From IMG/VR virus record IMGVR_UViG_2889849113_000003, positions 3,716-67,715 of that record: a DNA stretch of 64,000 bases; one strand, given 5' to 3'. Of the stretch, positions 27,007 to 35,891 are shown in pieces. The notes under the pieces were generated by a model. The model did no database searches, had not been told where the DNA came from, and saw nothing but the letters and a program-made list of their open reading frames with translations. A program made the translations under genes and the position numbers. Source of the DNA: a virus. Position 1 is the first letter of the stretch. Each line of letters starts with the position of its first letter.

Positions 27007-27200
27007 TGGATCTTCAGCCCCTGGACCTCTGCCGCATCACGCGCAGCGCCCACGGCAACGAGGGTGTGCGCTGCGTGCTGGATTGGCGCGGCGAGATCGG
27101 CGGCCGGGCCTTCTGGTGGTGCCACCTCGCCGGCGGGAACGTGTCGGAAGGGCTCGCGTGGGAAGCGGATTTGGAGTTGGTGAAGCGGGGTGCCGCATGA
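27006..27200 (+). CDS. Small hypothetical protein
   Basis: Coupled ORF. Confidence 0.5.
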   Translation: MDLQPLDLCRITRSAHGNEGVRCVLDWRGEIGGRAFWWCHLAGGNVSEGLAWEADLELVKRGAA

Positions 27201-27751
27201 TCCGCGCCGCCTTTGCCGACCCTCCGTATCTCGGCTGCGGCCAGAAGCACTACGGCGCGCTGCACCCGCAGGCGGCCGACTACGACGACCCGCGCACGCA
27301 CCATCGGCTCATCCAGCGCCTGTGCGACGAGTTCGACTGCTGGGCGCTGAGCCTGCACGAGCCGTCGCTGGCCACGATCCTGAAGATGTGTCCGGGGGGG
27401 GTGCGGGTAGGCGCCTGGGTCAAGCCCTTCGCCGCGTTCAAGCGCAACGTCACCAGGGCCTGGACCTGGGAGCCGGTCATCTTCAGTTTCTCGCCTGCCC
27501 GATCTCGCAGCGTCGAGCAGGACACCTGGCGCGATCACTTGAGCGAGCCCATTGCCATGCGCAAGGGCTTCCCCGGCGCAAAGCCGGAGCGCTTCAGCTT
27601 CTGGGTGTTCGAGGGCCTGAACCTGCAGCCCGGCGACGACTTCCACGACCTGTTCCCGGGCTCCGGTGCGGTAGGGCAGGCATGGGCGAAGTGGCGCCGC
27701 GCGCAGGAGCCGGCGGAGCAGTTCACGCTCGGAATGGAGGTTGAGACGTGA
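27197..27751 (+). CDS. Minimal methyltransferase-like protein
   Basis: FADPPYLG and DLFPGSGAVG motifs in 184 aa. Confidence 0.7.
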   Translation: MIRAAFADPPYLGCGQKHYGALHPQAADYDDPRTHHRLIQRLCDEFDCWALSLHEPSLATILKMCPGGVRVGAWVKPFAAFKRNVTRAWTWEPVIFSFSPARSRSVEQDTWRDHLSEPIAMRKGFPGAKPERFSFWVFEGLNLQPGDDFHDLFPGSGAVGQAWAKWRRAQEPAEQFTLGMEVET

Positions 27752-28224
27752 CGGCCATCCTCGCCCTCGACCCCGGCACCGAGCAGACCGGCTTCTGCCT
27801 GCTCGACGGCCGCCGCGTGCTTGAAAGCGGCGTGCTGCCCAACGACCGGATGCTGGCGCTGGTGTCCTGCTACGGGCGTGGTGCGCAGGTCGCCTCCTGC
27901 GCCATCGAGATGGTGGCGAGCTACGGCATGCCCGTGGGCCGCGAGGTGTTCGAGACCGTGCGCTGGGTGGGCCGCTTCCAGCAGGCGTGGCGCGACCCCG
28001 AGGCCGTGCGCCTGGTGTACCGCGCCGAGGTGAAGTCGCACCTGTGCCGCAGCCAGAAGGCCACGGACGCGACGATCTGGCAGGCGCTGGTGGACCTGTT
28101 CGGGCCCGGCAAGGACAAGGCCGTGGGGCGCAAGGCGTCGCCGGGGCCGCTCTACGGCGTCACCAGCCACGCGCGTTCGGCGCTGGCCGTGGCGGTCACT
28201 GCGCAGGAGGTCGGCCGTGGTTGA
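27748..28224 (+). CDS. RuvC-like Holliday junction resolvase
   Basis: ILALDPGTEQTG; AIEMVA; ARSALAVA. Confidence 0.8.
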   Translation: MTAILALDPGTEQTGFCLLDGRRVLESGVLPNDRMLALVSCYGRGAQVASCAIEMVASYGMPVGREVFETVRWVGRFQQAWRDPEAVRLVYRAEVKSHLCRSQKATDATIWQALVDLFGPGKDKAVGRKASPGPLYGVTSHARSALAVAVTAQEVGRG

Positions 28225-28408
28225 CCGCAACACCCCGCCCACCACGATCCAGCGCCACGAGTTCGACGACGACGCCTGCTGCCGCCACTGCGGGTTCGAC
28301 GGCGCCGAGTGGTCCTGGCTCAAGCGCCAGGGCTACTGCAGCGGCGAGACGCAGCCGCTGTGCATCCCGCGCCGGGCGCCGCAGCAGCACGAGGAGCCTC
28401 GCGCATGA
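28217..28408 (+). CDS. Small Cys-containing protein
   Basis: HEF...CCRHCG. Confidence 0.5.
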   Translation: MVDRNTPPTTIQRHEFDDDACCRHCGFDGAEWSWLKRQGYCSGETQPLCIPRRAPQQHEEPRA

Positions 28409-28605
28409 AGCACCACCTCGCCGCCATCCTCCTCTCCATCCCCGTGCTCGCCCTGCTGGCCGCGGCCTGGTGGCTGCTCGACCGCGCGCAGCAGCGCGTC
28501 GAGCGCCGCGCCCGCGCGCACGCCAGGAACGCGCTGAGGGCGCGCGCCCTGGGCGCCTTCTTCGCCAGGCGCGCCCGCGACAACGCGCAACAGCCCAAGA
28601 CCTGA
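28405..28605 (+). CDS. Small membrane protein
   Basis: N-terminal hydrophobic helix. Confidence 0.5.
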   Translation: MKHHLAAILLSIPVLALLAAAWWLLDRAQQRVERRARAHARNALRARALGAFFARRARDNAQQPKT

Positions 28606-28617
28606 CCCACAGCACAT

Positions 28618-29164
28618 ACACGGAACACAACCCCCCTTCACCCCGACCCGACCGACCCCCGCCCGATGCCCGACCAAACCCCACCCCCTCCCGCGCAAAT
28701 CGTCTTCCCCTTCATCCAGCCTCGAACCTGGGACGAAGTCCTCGACGCCACCCCCGACCCCCGACCCCTGACGACGCAGCGCATCCTGGCTCTCGCCCAG
28801 ATGCGCCGGGCCGACCCCACGACACCCCCGCCGTGGGACCTGCAGCAGGCCTACGCCTACCAGGCGCGCAAGCGCGCCATGGGCAGCGACTTCCACGGCG
28901 CCGAGGCCTGGGGCCCGTGGGTGTGGGTCGAGGCGTACCTGCAGGGCGTGGCCGACGTGATCGAGGCGCAGTACGACGCCGAGGCCGCGCGCCGTGGGCT
29001 CACGAAGGAGCAGTTGCTGGCCGAGCACCAGGCGCTGGCCGCGGGCGGGGCGCAGGAAGGGGGAGGCAAGGGAAGCCAGGAAATGCAGGCTGGGCAGGGA
29101 CGGGGGGAGGGGTCGGCTTCGCGGGGGGAGTTGGGCGGGGAGCCGCTGGGGGTTAGTTCCGTGT
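28618..29164. repeat. Segment bounded by imperfect inverted repeats
   Basis: ACACGGAAC-ACAACCCCCC at 28618-28636; reverse complement ACACGGAAC-TAACCCCC at 29148-29164. Confidence 0.55.
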
Positions 29165-29181
29165 CGGGGGTGCGGGCGTGA
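28666..29181 (+). CDS. Hypothetical protein
   Basis: 171-aa ORF with low-complexity ends. Confidence 0.5.
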   Translation: MPDQTPPPPAQIVFPFIQPRTWDEVLDATPDPRPLTTQRILALAQMRRADPTTPPPWDLQQAYAYQARKRAMGSDFHGAEAWGPWVWVEAYLQGVADVIEAQYDAEAARRGLTKEQLLAEHQALAAGGAQEGGGKGSQEMQAGQGRGEGSASRGELGGEPLGVSSVSGVRA

Positions 29182-31169
29182 GCGCCGACATCGTGCCCCG
29201 CCTGCGCAACACCCTGGGCCTCACGGCGCTTGCGGCCGAGCTGCGCCAGCGCGCGGCCGACGAGATCGAGCGGCTGCGCACCGAGAACGCCTACCTGCGC
29301 GAGCGGCTGGAAGCGTTCTGCGCCGACGCGATGCGCTACCGCTGGCTGCGCGACACGCAAAACGAGACGCACCGCCTCGACCACGCCGACGACAGCATGG
29401 ACGTGGTCGGCGCGGTGCAGAACATCTTCGTGTGCGAGGGGCCTGGCATGTGGACCGCACTCAACGACACCGACCTGGATGCGGCAGTGGATGCCGCCAT
29501 GAAGGCCGCCGGGATCGTGGTCGGGCCAGAAGTGCCGCAGGCGCCGCCCGCCGACGAGTTCTGCGGCGACAACGCGCAACTCATTGGCTGCATCGACGCG
29601 CTGCTGAGCCTGGACGCCGAGGGCGCGCTGAAGCCGCACGGCATCGGCGGACACGCGCGTGTGCTGCTGGCTGCTGCTGCCGCACGGATTCCTGCGGCGT
29701 ACCCTCTGCCCGACGATTTCTACGCAGGCTCCAAGGACTGGCTCAGCGGCGACTACGCCCAGCGCGTGGAGTGGCTGCACATGTCCTATGAGAGCACCAA
29801 GGCCGAGCGCGACACCCTGCTGGCGCAGTTGGGGGCCGTCCAGCCCGACGCCGACCCGACCGCGCCCTGGCTCAGCGAGGCCCACGCGCTGTGCGCGGAG
29901 CACGGCATCCCGCCGGGTCACATCACCGAGCGGCTGCAAGCGCTGCGCAAGTTGCTGCAGACGCCTCCAGCCCCGGAAGAGGGTGGCAAGGCGCGTCCGC
30001 GCTTCGCGGAGCAGGAGCAGCGGCTGCGGTTCGAGAAGTGGGCCCGGGGCTGGGTCGCGCTGAATCCCACGGAGGCCACCTTGACGCAGTGGGGCAGCCC
30101 GCTGAGTCGCGCGGCATGGACGGGGTGGTGCGGCCGGGCATTCGACAAGGCGCCGCAACCCAAGCTCGACCCGGCCCAGCAGTGGAAGTGCGGCGACGAG
30201 TTCCTTCCCTTCCACCCGCAGGCCTCGCACGTCCCGGCGGACTACCGGGATGGCTGGAATGCGTGCTTCCGCGCGGCGCAGGTCGCCGTGCCGGCACCGA
30301 TGCGGGCCGCCGACCTCGTGGCCCAGCTGGAATCGCTCATCGGGCGCTACTGGAACCTGGCCGTGGCCGAAGGGCAGCAGGGGCGCGAGCACGACACGCC
30401 CGAAGGCGATGCCGCACGCACGTGGCTGGAGATCACCGACGCCCTGCGCGAGCTCGCCGCCATGGCCGCACCCGCCGTGCTGCACGGCGGCACGCTGGAG
30501 CAGTGGCAAAAGCTCGCCAGCGATCTCGGCGACGACATGGCCGAGCGCACGAAGCGCGAGGCCGAGGTGGTCAACGCGCTCATGCCGCTGCTGACCGAGG
30601 AGGAGAAGTGTGGCCAATGGGGCGCAAGCGGGCTGCCGGAACTCGCCCGCCGCGCCATGGCGCAGATCGCCGGCTTCCGCGCGATGGCACTGGAGGCAAC
30701 CGCCCGCGCGAGCGGCTACACCAGCGCAGCCGAGTTCGTGGCCAGCAACGTGCAAGGCGCGCCGGCGGACAAGGGCCCGTGGCTCATCGAGCGCGTCGAG
30801 TACCCGATGACGCTGGCCAGCGACGACTTCGAGCACGACGTGACGATCAAGGTCAGTGGCGACTTCGGCAGTGATGAGGCGCGCGAGCGGTATGCCTTGT
30901 GGCTGCTCGAAGCACTCAATGCCGCCGCTCGGCAACGGCGACCGGACCCGGGTGCGACGCTGGAAGACGGCGAACTGCCCAAGCCCATCGGCGCCGCAAT
31001 CCGTGCCGTCGTCAAGACCGCCTGCATGCAGCAGGCGTCGCCCAGCGTGAACAACCAGAACGCCCATTGGGCTGCGCGCCTGAACCTTGAGGGTGCGATC
31101 TGGGGCGAGCTGCGCGCCGCGCTGCGCCAGGCGCCGCAGCAGCCCACCAGCCACGACAAGAGCGCCTGA
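29178..31169 (+). CDS. Mosaic multi-domain phage hypothetical protein
   Basis: 663 aa, short modules separated by Ala/Pro linkers. Confidence 0.7.
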   Translation: MSADIVPRLRNTLGLTALAAELRQRAADEIERLRTENAYLRERLEAFCADAMRYRWLRDTQNETHRLDHADDSMDVVGAVQNIFVCEGPGMWTALNDTDLDAAVDAAMKAAGIVVGPEVPQAPPADEFCGDNAQLIGCIDALLSLDAEGALKPHGIGGHARVLLAAAAARIPAAYPLPDDFYAGSKDWLSGDYAQRVEWLHMSYESTKAERDTLLAQLGAVQPDADPTAPWLSEAHALCAEHGIPPGHITERLQALRKLLQTPPAPEEGGKARPRFAEQEQRLRFEKWARGWVALNPTEATLTQWGSPLSRAAWTGWCGRAFDKAPQPKLDPAQQWKCGDEFLPFHPQASHVPADYRDGWNACFRAAQVAVPAPMRAADLVAQLESLIGRYWNLAVAEGQQGREHDTPEGDAARTWLEITDALRELAAMAAPAVLHGGTLEQWQKLASDLGDDMAERTKREAEVVNALMPLLTEEEKCGQWGASGLPELARRAMAQIAGFRAMALEATARASGYTSAAEFVASNVQGAPADKGPWLIERVEYPMTLASDDFEHDVTIKVSGDFGSDEARERYALWLLEALNAAARQRRPDPGATLEDGELPKPIGAAIRAVVKTACMQQASPSVNNQNAHWAARLNLEGAIWGELRAALRQAPQQPTSHDKSA

Positions 31170-31194
31170 GCGCGCATCAGAAAGGACCTCCCCC

Positions 31195-31665
31195 ATGGAC
31201 TTCTTCCTCGGCCTGGTCACGGGCTACATGCTCAACTGGGCTGCGCTGGCGGTGCTGCTCCTGCTGGCCATCTTCTTCGAGGCGCTTGAATGCACCGGCA
31301 CGGCGCTGCTGGTCACAGCCTTCACCGCCTTCGTGGCCTACCTCTTCTTCGGCGTGCCGCTGCGCATCGTGCTCTACGGCGCGCTGGCCTACGCCGCGGT
31401 CGGCGTGCTGTGGAGCATCTGGCGATACCGGCGCTACGTGCATGAGCGGGTTGCGCTGATTCCCGACGCCAAGGATCACAGCTACCTGGCGCCCAAGAAC
31501 CAGACCAGGCGCATCGTGCACTGGATGGTGGTGTGGCCTGTGAGCATGGCCAGCAGCGTCGTCGGCGACGTGCTGGTGCTGGCCAAGACGGTGGTCACGA
31601 AGTGGCTGCGCGGCATCTACGAGGCGATCTACCAGGGGGCCGTGTCGTCGGCCCGCAAGCCGTGA
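31195..31665 (+). CDS. Multi-pass membrane protein
   Basis: Several hydrophobic segments. Confidence 0.7.
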   Translation: MDFFLGLVTGYMLNWAALAVLLLLAIFFEALECTGTALLVTAFTAFVAYLFFGVPLRIVLYGALAYAAVGVLWSIWRYRRYVHERVALIPDAKDHSYLAPKNQTRRIVHWMVVWPVSMASSVVGDVLVLAKTVVTKWLRGIYEAIYQGAVSSARKP

Positions 31666-31858
31666 GCCGCACCCTCTACGTCTTCACGCCCTCGCTGCTG
31701 GCGCTGCTCGCCCTGGGCCTTGTCGTCGCCGGCGCCACTGCAGCGGCCATCGTGATGCTGCTGGCCAATCCCTTCGTGCCGTCCTGTCCGACAGATGCCG
31801 GACTGGCTGAGCAGCACCGCGCGGTGCTTGTTGCCGCTGCAAATTCCCAGGAGAACCC

Positions 31859-32098
31859 TTGAGCGAGTTCCGCACCTTGAAGCCCCGCGCCGCGCGCCCC
31901 GGCGAGGTGTCCGAACACTTCCCGCCCGACGTGCGCAGCCGGCTCATCGACGCCGCGGCCGTGGACTGCGATGTCCGCCGCAGCCACCAGGTCTGTGAAG
32001 CGGAGGCCTGGGCGCAGCGCTGCTACCCGGAACTGTTCCGCAGCCCATCCGACCCGCTGCCGCCGCTCCTGCGCCGGCCGTGGCCGAAGGCGGCCTGA
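31859..32098 (+). CDS. Hypothetical protein
   Basis: 79-aa ORF. Confidence 0.5.
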   Translation: MSEFRTLKPRAARPGEVSEHFPPDVRSRLIDAAAVDCDVRRSHQVCEAEAWAQRCYPELFRSPSDPLPPLLRRPWPKAA

Positions 32099-32114
32099 AG
32101 CGAAGGAGCAAGCC

Positions 32115-32780
32115 ATGGAATGGTCCTACTTCCTTCCCGTGCTGGTGTTCCTTGCCACGGCGCTGGCGCTGTGGGTCATCGGCGCCTTTGTCGGACGCCG
32201 CCGCGACCCGGCGCCGCCAGGCGACCCGGTGTGGGGGCATTCGTCCTGGCTCGACACGCAACCGATGGAGCCCGCGCGCCGCGAGCCGCCGGCCAGCAGC
32301 ATCCACCCGCTGCCGCGCGTGGTCGGCCGCCACGACAGCGCGGCGTCGCTGGCGCGCAGGACCGTAGCACCGCAGGCGCCGCCCATGCCGGCCGCCAAGG
32401 GTTGCGCCGCCGGCTCCAGATGCTGCGGCGGCTGCTCGACGCCCAAGCGCGCCACGGTGCAGGCGCCGCCGCGGCGCAATCCGGGCGAGCCACCCAAGCC
32501 GGCCGCCAGCGCCAGCCGGGCGAGGGATGCGGACGCAGCCGGCGACTACGGCAGCGCACGCGGCCTGGTGGAGTTCGGCGAGGCTCCGGCACCCGCGCCA
32601 GCGGTCGCCACCTTCGCCAGCAGCATGGGCGGAACCTTCGGCGGTGGTGGCGCATCGAGCCGGTGGGAGTCACCGGGCGACGCCTGCTCCAGCCGCTACG
32701 ACAGCGGCAGCAGCTGGTCGTCGAGCGACAGCAGTTCGAGCAGCAGCGACAGCGGTTCGTCGTCTTGCAGCAGTGATTGA
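32115..32780 (+). CDS. Membrane-anchored protein with Gly/Ser-rich tail
   Basis: N-terminal TM helix; GGTFGGGGASSRW; poly-Ser end. Confidence 0.65.
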   Translation: MEWSYFLPVLVFLATALALWVIGAFVGRRRDPAPPGDPVWGHSSWLDTQPMEPARREPPASSIHPLPRVVGRHDSAASLARRTVAPQAPPMPAAKGCAAGSRCCGGCSTPKRATVQAPPRRNPGEPPKPAASASRARDADAAGDYGSARGLVEFGEAPAPAPAVATFASSMGGTFGGGGASSRWESPGDACSSRYDSGSSWSSSDSSSSSSDSGSSSCSSD

Positions 32781-32790
32781 GAAGGAAACC

Positions 32791-33165
32791 ATGAAAGTCC
32801 TGATCGACGGCGTCCAGTACGCCCCCATTCCCGAGCCGCAGACCGACAAGGGGCTTCTGGCCGCGCTGGATGTTCGCTTCGACAGCGATGCCGGCGAAGG
32901 CATTACCGTGCGCGACTACCTGCGCCGGCTACTGGAAACCCTGTGGGACGAGGGCGAGTGCTTCAGCGGCAAACGGCCGTTCGGCAACAGCGGCTGGGAA
33001 TGGGATCTCTTCCACCCGCTGGCTGTGGCCGGCTTCATCCCGGGCACGGTGCAAGACGGCGCCATCATCGACCTTGACGACAAGCAGAGGCGCGAAGCCA
33101 TCGCCTTCGTCCGCCGGCTCATCGTGGCTGCGTTCCATGGCGTGCAGGAGGGCGAGGCGCGATGA
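32791..33165 (+). CDS. Phage hypothetical protein
   Basis: LWDEGECFSGKRPFGNSGWEWDL. Confidence 0.7.
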   Translation: MKVLIDGVQYAPIPEPQTDKGLLAALDVRFDSDAGEGITVRDYLRRLLETLWDEGECFSGKRPFGNSGWEWDLFHPLAVAGFIPGTVQDGAIIDLDDKQRREAIAFVRRLIVAAFHGVQEGEAR

Positions 33166-33659
33166 CCAGACTTGTGTTTCTGGACCTGGACGGAGTGGTT
33201 AACAGTACCCGCACGCAAGTCGCCTTCGGCGGCTACCCGCAAGAGCTTCACCACCCGCAGTGGGACGAGGTCTCGCTGGCGCTGCTGCGCCGCTTGAGCC
33301 ACAGCGCCGGCATCCAGTTCGTTCTGTCCTCGGCCTGGCGCAACTTCTGCGACTTCAAGGACGCGGCCAAGGCGCTCGATCTGCCCATCATCGACCGCAC
33401 GCCGAGCCTGTGCGGCTGCCGCGGCGACGAGATCGCACACTGGCTTGCCGAGCACCCCGAGGTCGAAGCCTGGGCCATCCTGGACGACACGCCGGACATG
33501 CTTGAAGAACAGCAGTCCCGCTTCGTGCAGACGAACCCGGAAGAGGGGTTGTCCTGGGCCAACTTCGTGCGGCTGTGTGACCTGTTCGGCGAGAGCCCGT
33601 TTGCCGGCGAGGCGCGGCGGCGGGAGTGGCGCACCGAGAAGCTGGCCTGGGAGCGGTGA
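33162..33659 (+). CDS. HAD-superfamily phosphatase (RNA-repair/SAK type)
   Basis: FLDLDGVVN; VLSSAWR; RGDEI; WAILDD. Confidence 0.85.
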   Translation: MTRLVFLDLDGVVNSTRTQVAFGGYPQELHHPQWDEVSLALLRRLSHSAGIQFVLSSAWRNFCDFKDAAKALDLPIIDRTPSLCGCRGDEIAHWLAEHPEVEAWAILDDTPDMLEEQQSRFVQTNPEEGLSWANFVRLCDLFGESPFAGEARRREWRTEKLAWER

Positions 33660-33865
33660 TGACACCCATCAAGTTCACCCGCTACGCACCCCACATGCCC
33701 GACCCGTGGATGGTGGCCGAGCAGATCGTGCGCTGGCACCGCACCCAAGACTCCAGCCGCACGACGCTGATCCTGGCCAACGGGCAGGAGGTCTGGGTCG
33801 CTGAAACGCCCGAGCAGGTCGCCGAGGCGATCCGCAAGGCGCAGGAGGGCCGAGCATGCGCCTGA
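33659..33865 (+). CDS. FlbD-like small protein
   Basis: TTLILANG...VAETPEQV. Confidence 0.55.
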   Translation: MTPIKFTRYAPHMPDPWMVAEQIVRWHRTQDSSRTTLILANGQEVWVAETPEQVAEAIRKAQEGRACA

Positions 33866-34134
33866 GCGTCGATCCCGAAGACCCCGACTTCCTCGATGGC
33901 TGCAATCACATGGGCGTGCGCGTGTTCCTCGACGGCACGGAGCGCAGCGAGGTCGTCACCGCGGACGAGGAGCGGGGATTGTTGGTCCGCTACGTCACCG
34001 ACGAGCGCGGCAAGCTGGTGTTGAACGCGGCCCGGACCGAGCCATTGCGCGAGACGCTGCACGGGGCCGTGGCCATTGAGGCGCCGCACTTCCTGCGTGC
34101 GATCCAGGCTGAAAAGGAAGGGGCTGGCCAGTGA
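33856..34134 (+). CDS. Hypothetical protein
   Basis: VFLDG...VVTADEERG. Confidence 0.6.
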   Translation: MRLSVDPEDPDFLDGCNHMGVRVFLDGTERSEVVTADEERGLLVRYVTDERGKLVLNAARTEPLRETLHGAVAIEAPHFLRAIQAEKEGAGQ

Positions 34135-34361
34135 ACACGGTTGCGGACATGAAAGCCCGCGCGCAACGCCACCTGGACGGCTGCCGCGTGAATACCGACC
34201 GCATGGCCATGGACGTGCTCGCGCTGGCCGACCTGGCGGAGCGGCTGCAGCAGCAACTCCACGAGCAGCGCCAGCCGGCGCAGGCCGCCGCGCGCGCGAG
34301 CGGGCCGATGGCTGGCGCCATTGATGACATCCTGGCCGGCGCCTTCGGCAAGCAGGGCTGA
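34131..34361 (+). CDS. Hypothetical protein
   Basis: Coupled ORF. Confidence 0.5.
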   Translation: MNTVADMKARAQRHLDGCRVNTDRMAMDVLALADLAERLQQQLHEQRQPAQAAARASGPMAGAIDDILAGAFGKQG

Positions 34362-34363
34362 CC

Positions 34364-34588
34364 GTGGCCGCCGCACCGAAGCCCATCGCCGTGCAGCAGC
34401 TGCGCGAAGCCCGCGCCGCGCTGGAGCAGCGGCTGACCACCGCCATCCAGCGCCAGCTTCTGGACTTCGAGGCCGCAACCGGACTGCAGCCGGTTGCCAT
34501 CGAGGTCCGCATGCTCGCCGTTGCCTTCTTGAGTGATTCCCGCCCGCGGCATGTGCTGGACGGCGTGCGGGTGACCCTGGACATCTGA
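34364..34588 (+). CDS. Hypothetical protein
   Basis: 74-aa ORF. Confidence 0.5.
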   Translation: MAAAPKPIAVQQLREARAALEQRLTTAIQRQLLDFEAATGLQPVAIEVRMLAVAFLSDSRPRHVLDGVRVTLDI

Positions 34589-34605
34589 AACCACCGGAGT
34601 AGTAC

Positions 34606-35571
34606 GTGACGGACGAAAAACCCAGCATCCGCGAGCAGTACGTCGTCGCGATGAACTCCACGCACCTGGAAGCGCACGCGGAGCGACTTCGCGCGGTGGA
34701 CCGCTTCATCGTGGCCGGCTGGGTCGCCGGCGGCGCGGTGGAGCGCCAGCGCCTGCGCCGAGTCGAGCAGCGGCGCCGGCTGCAGGGGCTGCCGCCGATC
34801 CCTGCGCTTGAGATCCCCGTGCCGGGCGCTGTCGCACCGGCGCGCATCACCGAACTCGGCCCGCTGCTGCTGCGTCTGGCGCAGGAGTGGGACAGCGTCA
34901 AGGCGCAGCACGCGCTGTCGCTGCGCTGGCAGGAGGCCCGCGAGGTCGCCATCCGCGAGACGGCGCGGGACCTGGCGCGCGAGCAGCAGGCGCTGGCCAA
35001 GGCGCCGGGGCGCGATGCGTCGCGAGCCGTCGAGCTCGCCGAATCCCTGCGGCGCCAGCAGCGCGAGGCACACGGCACCGCCGTGAGCGAGCAGGCCATG
35101 ATGCTGACGAAGCTGCGGACCTTGCCCGCGGCACGAGAGGCGCTGGGGCGCTGGGCGCTGGCGCAGGCGTCGAAATGGCCGGTGCAGGGGTTACCGCACC
35201 ACGCGCGGCCGGCGCAGGTCCGCGAGGCCATGGCGGCGAACCCGCTGCCGAACGATGACGGCGTCATGGCCATCGTCGGGCGCGTGCTCAAGGCGTGGCT
35301 TTCACCGCGGTGCGCGGCCTGCGGCGGCACTGGCCTGGTCTTTCAGCACGCCAGCGGCAAGAAGGCCAAGCGCACCGAGGCTGAGGCGGGCTATGGGCAC
35401 CTCACGCAATGCTCGTGCGGCGCCTGCAAGGGAACTGGCCTGGTGCGCGAGTCGCTGGGCGAGACGGATTCCGAGCGGCGCTTTGCGCACCACCTGCTGG
35501 ACCGTATGGGCGAGATGCTGACCGAGGTCGAGCGGGCGATGCGGGACTTTCTGCGGGGGCGCGAGGCGTAG
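34606..35571 (+). CDS. Q-like antiterminator with DnaJ-type Zn finger
   Basis: CAACGGTG and CGACKGTG repeats; last gene of rightward early operon. Confidence 0.65.
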   Translation: MTDEKPSIREQYVVAMNSTHLEAHAERLRAVDRFIVAGWVAGGAVERQRLRRVEQRRRLQGLPPIPALEIPVPGAVAPARITELGPLLLRLAQEWDSVKAQHALSLRWQEAREVAIRETARDLAREQQALAKAPGRDASRAVELAESLRRQQREAHGTAVSEQAMMLTKLRTLPAAREALGRWALAQASKWPVQGLPHHARPAQVREAMAANPLPNDDGVMAIVGRVLKAWLSPRCAACGGTGLVFQHASGKKAKRTEAEAGYGHLTQCSCGACKGTGLVRESLGETDSERRFAHHLLDRMGEMLTEVERAMRDFLRGREA

Positions 35572-35595
35572 CGGCTCGGAATCGCCCGGAAGGGG

Positions 35596-35790
35596 TCAAG
35601 CCGGCCGCTCGGCGATCCAGTGCGTGCCCTCGCCGAACTCTGCGCAGCACATCGCCACCTGGCGCTCGAAGCTCGCGAGCACGGCGTCGGTCTTCAGGCG
35701 CCAGGGGCAGCCGCCGGCCAGGCCGTTCAGGCGCCACTCGATCCGAATTTCCACCGCCGCGGCGCCGTCGGTTTCGGGCTGGTCGCTCAT
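35596..35790 (-). CDS. Small hypothetical protein
   Basis: Last gene of leftward accessory operon. Confidence 0.5.
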   Translation of the reverse strand: MSDQPETDGAAAVEIRIEWRLNGLAGGCPWRLKTDAVLASFERQVAMCCAEFGEGTHWIAERPA

Positions 35791-35891
35791 GGCGTAAATC
35801 CTCTGGAAGGGGTGCTGTGCAACTAAGCTTGAACTGATCTGCGCGTCTTGTGCAAATAGCCTTGAACGGGTGCCAAACCGCCGGAAGGGGG

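Noticed and set aside
28857-31220. 787-aa minus-strand ORF
   Set aside because: Antisense shadow of the 663-aa gene
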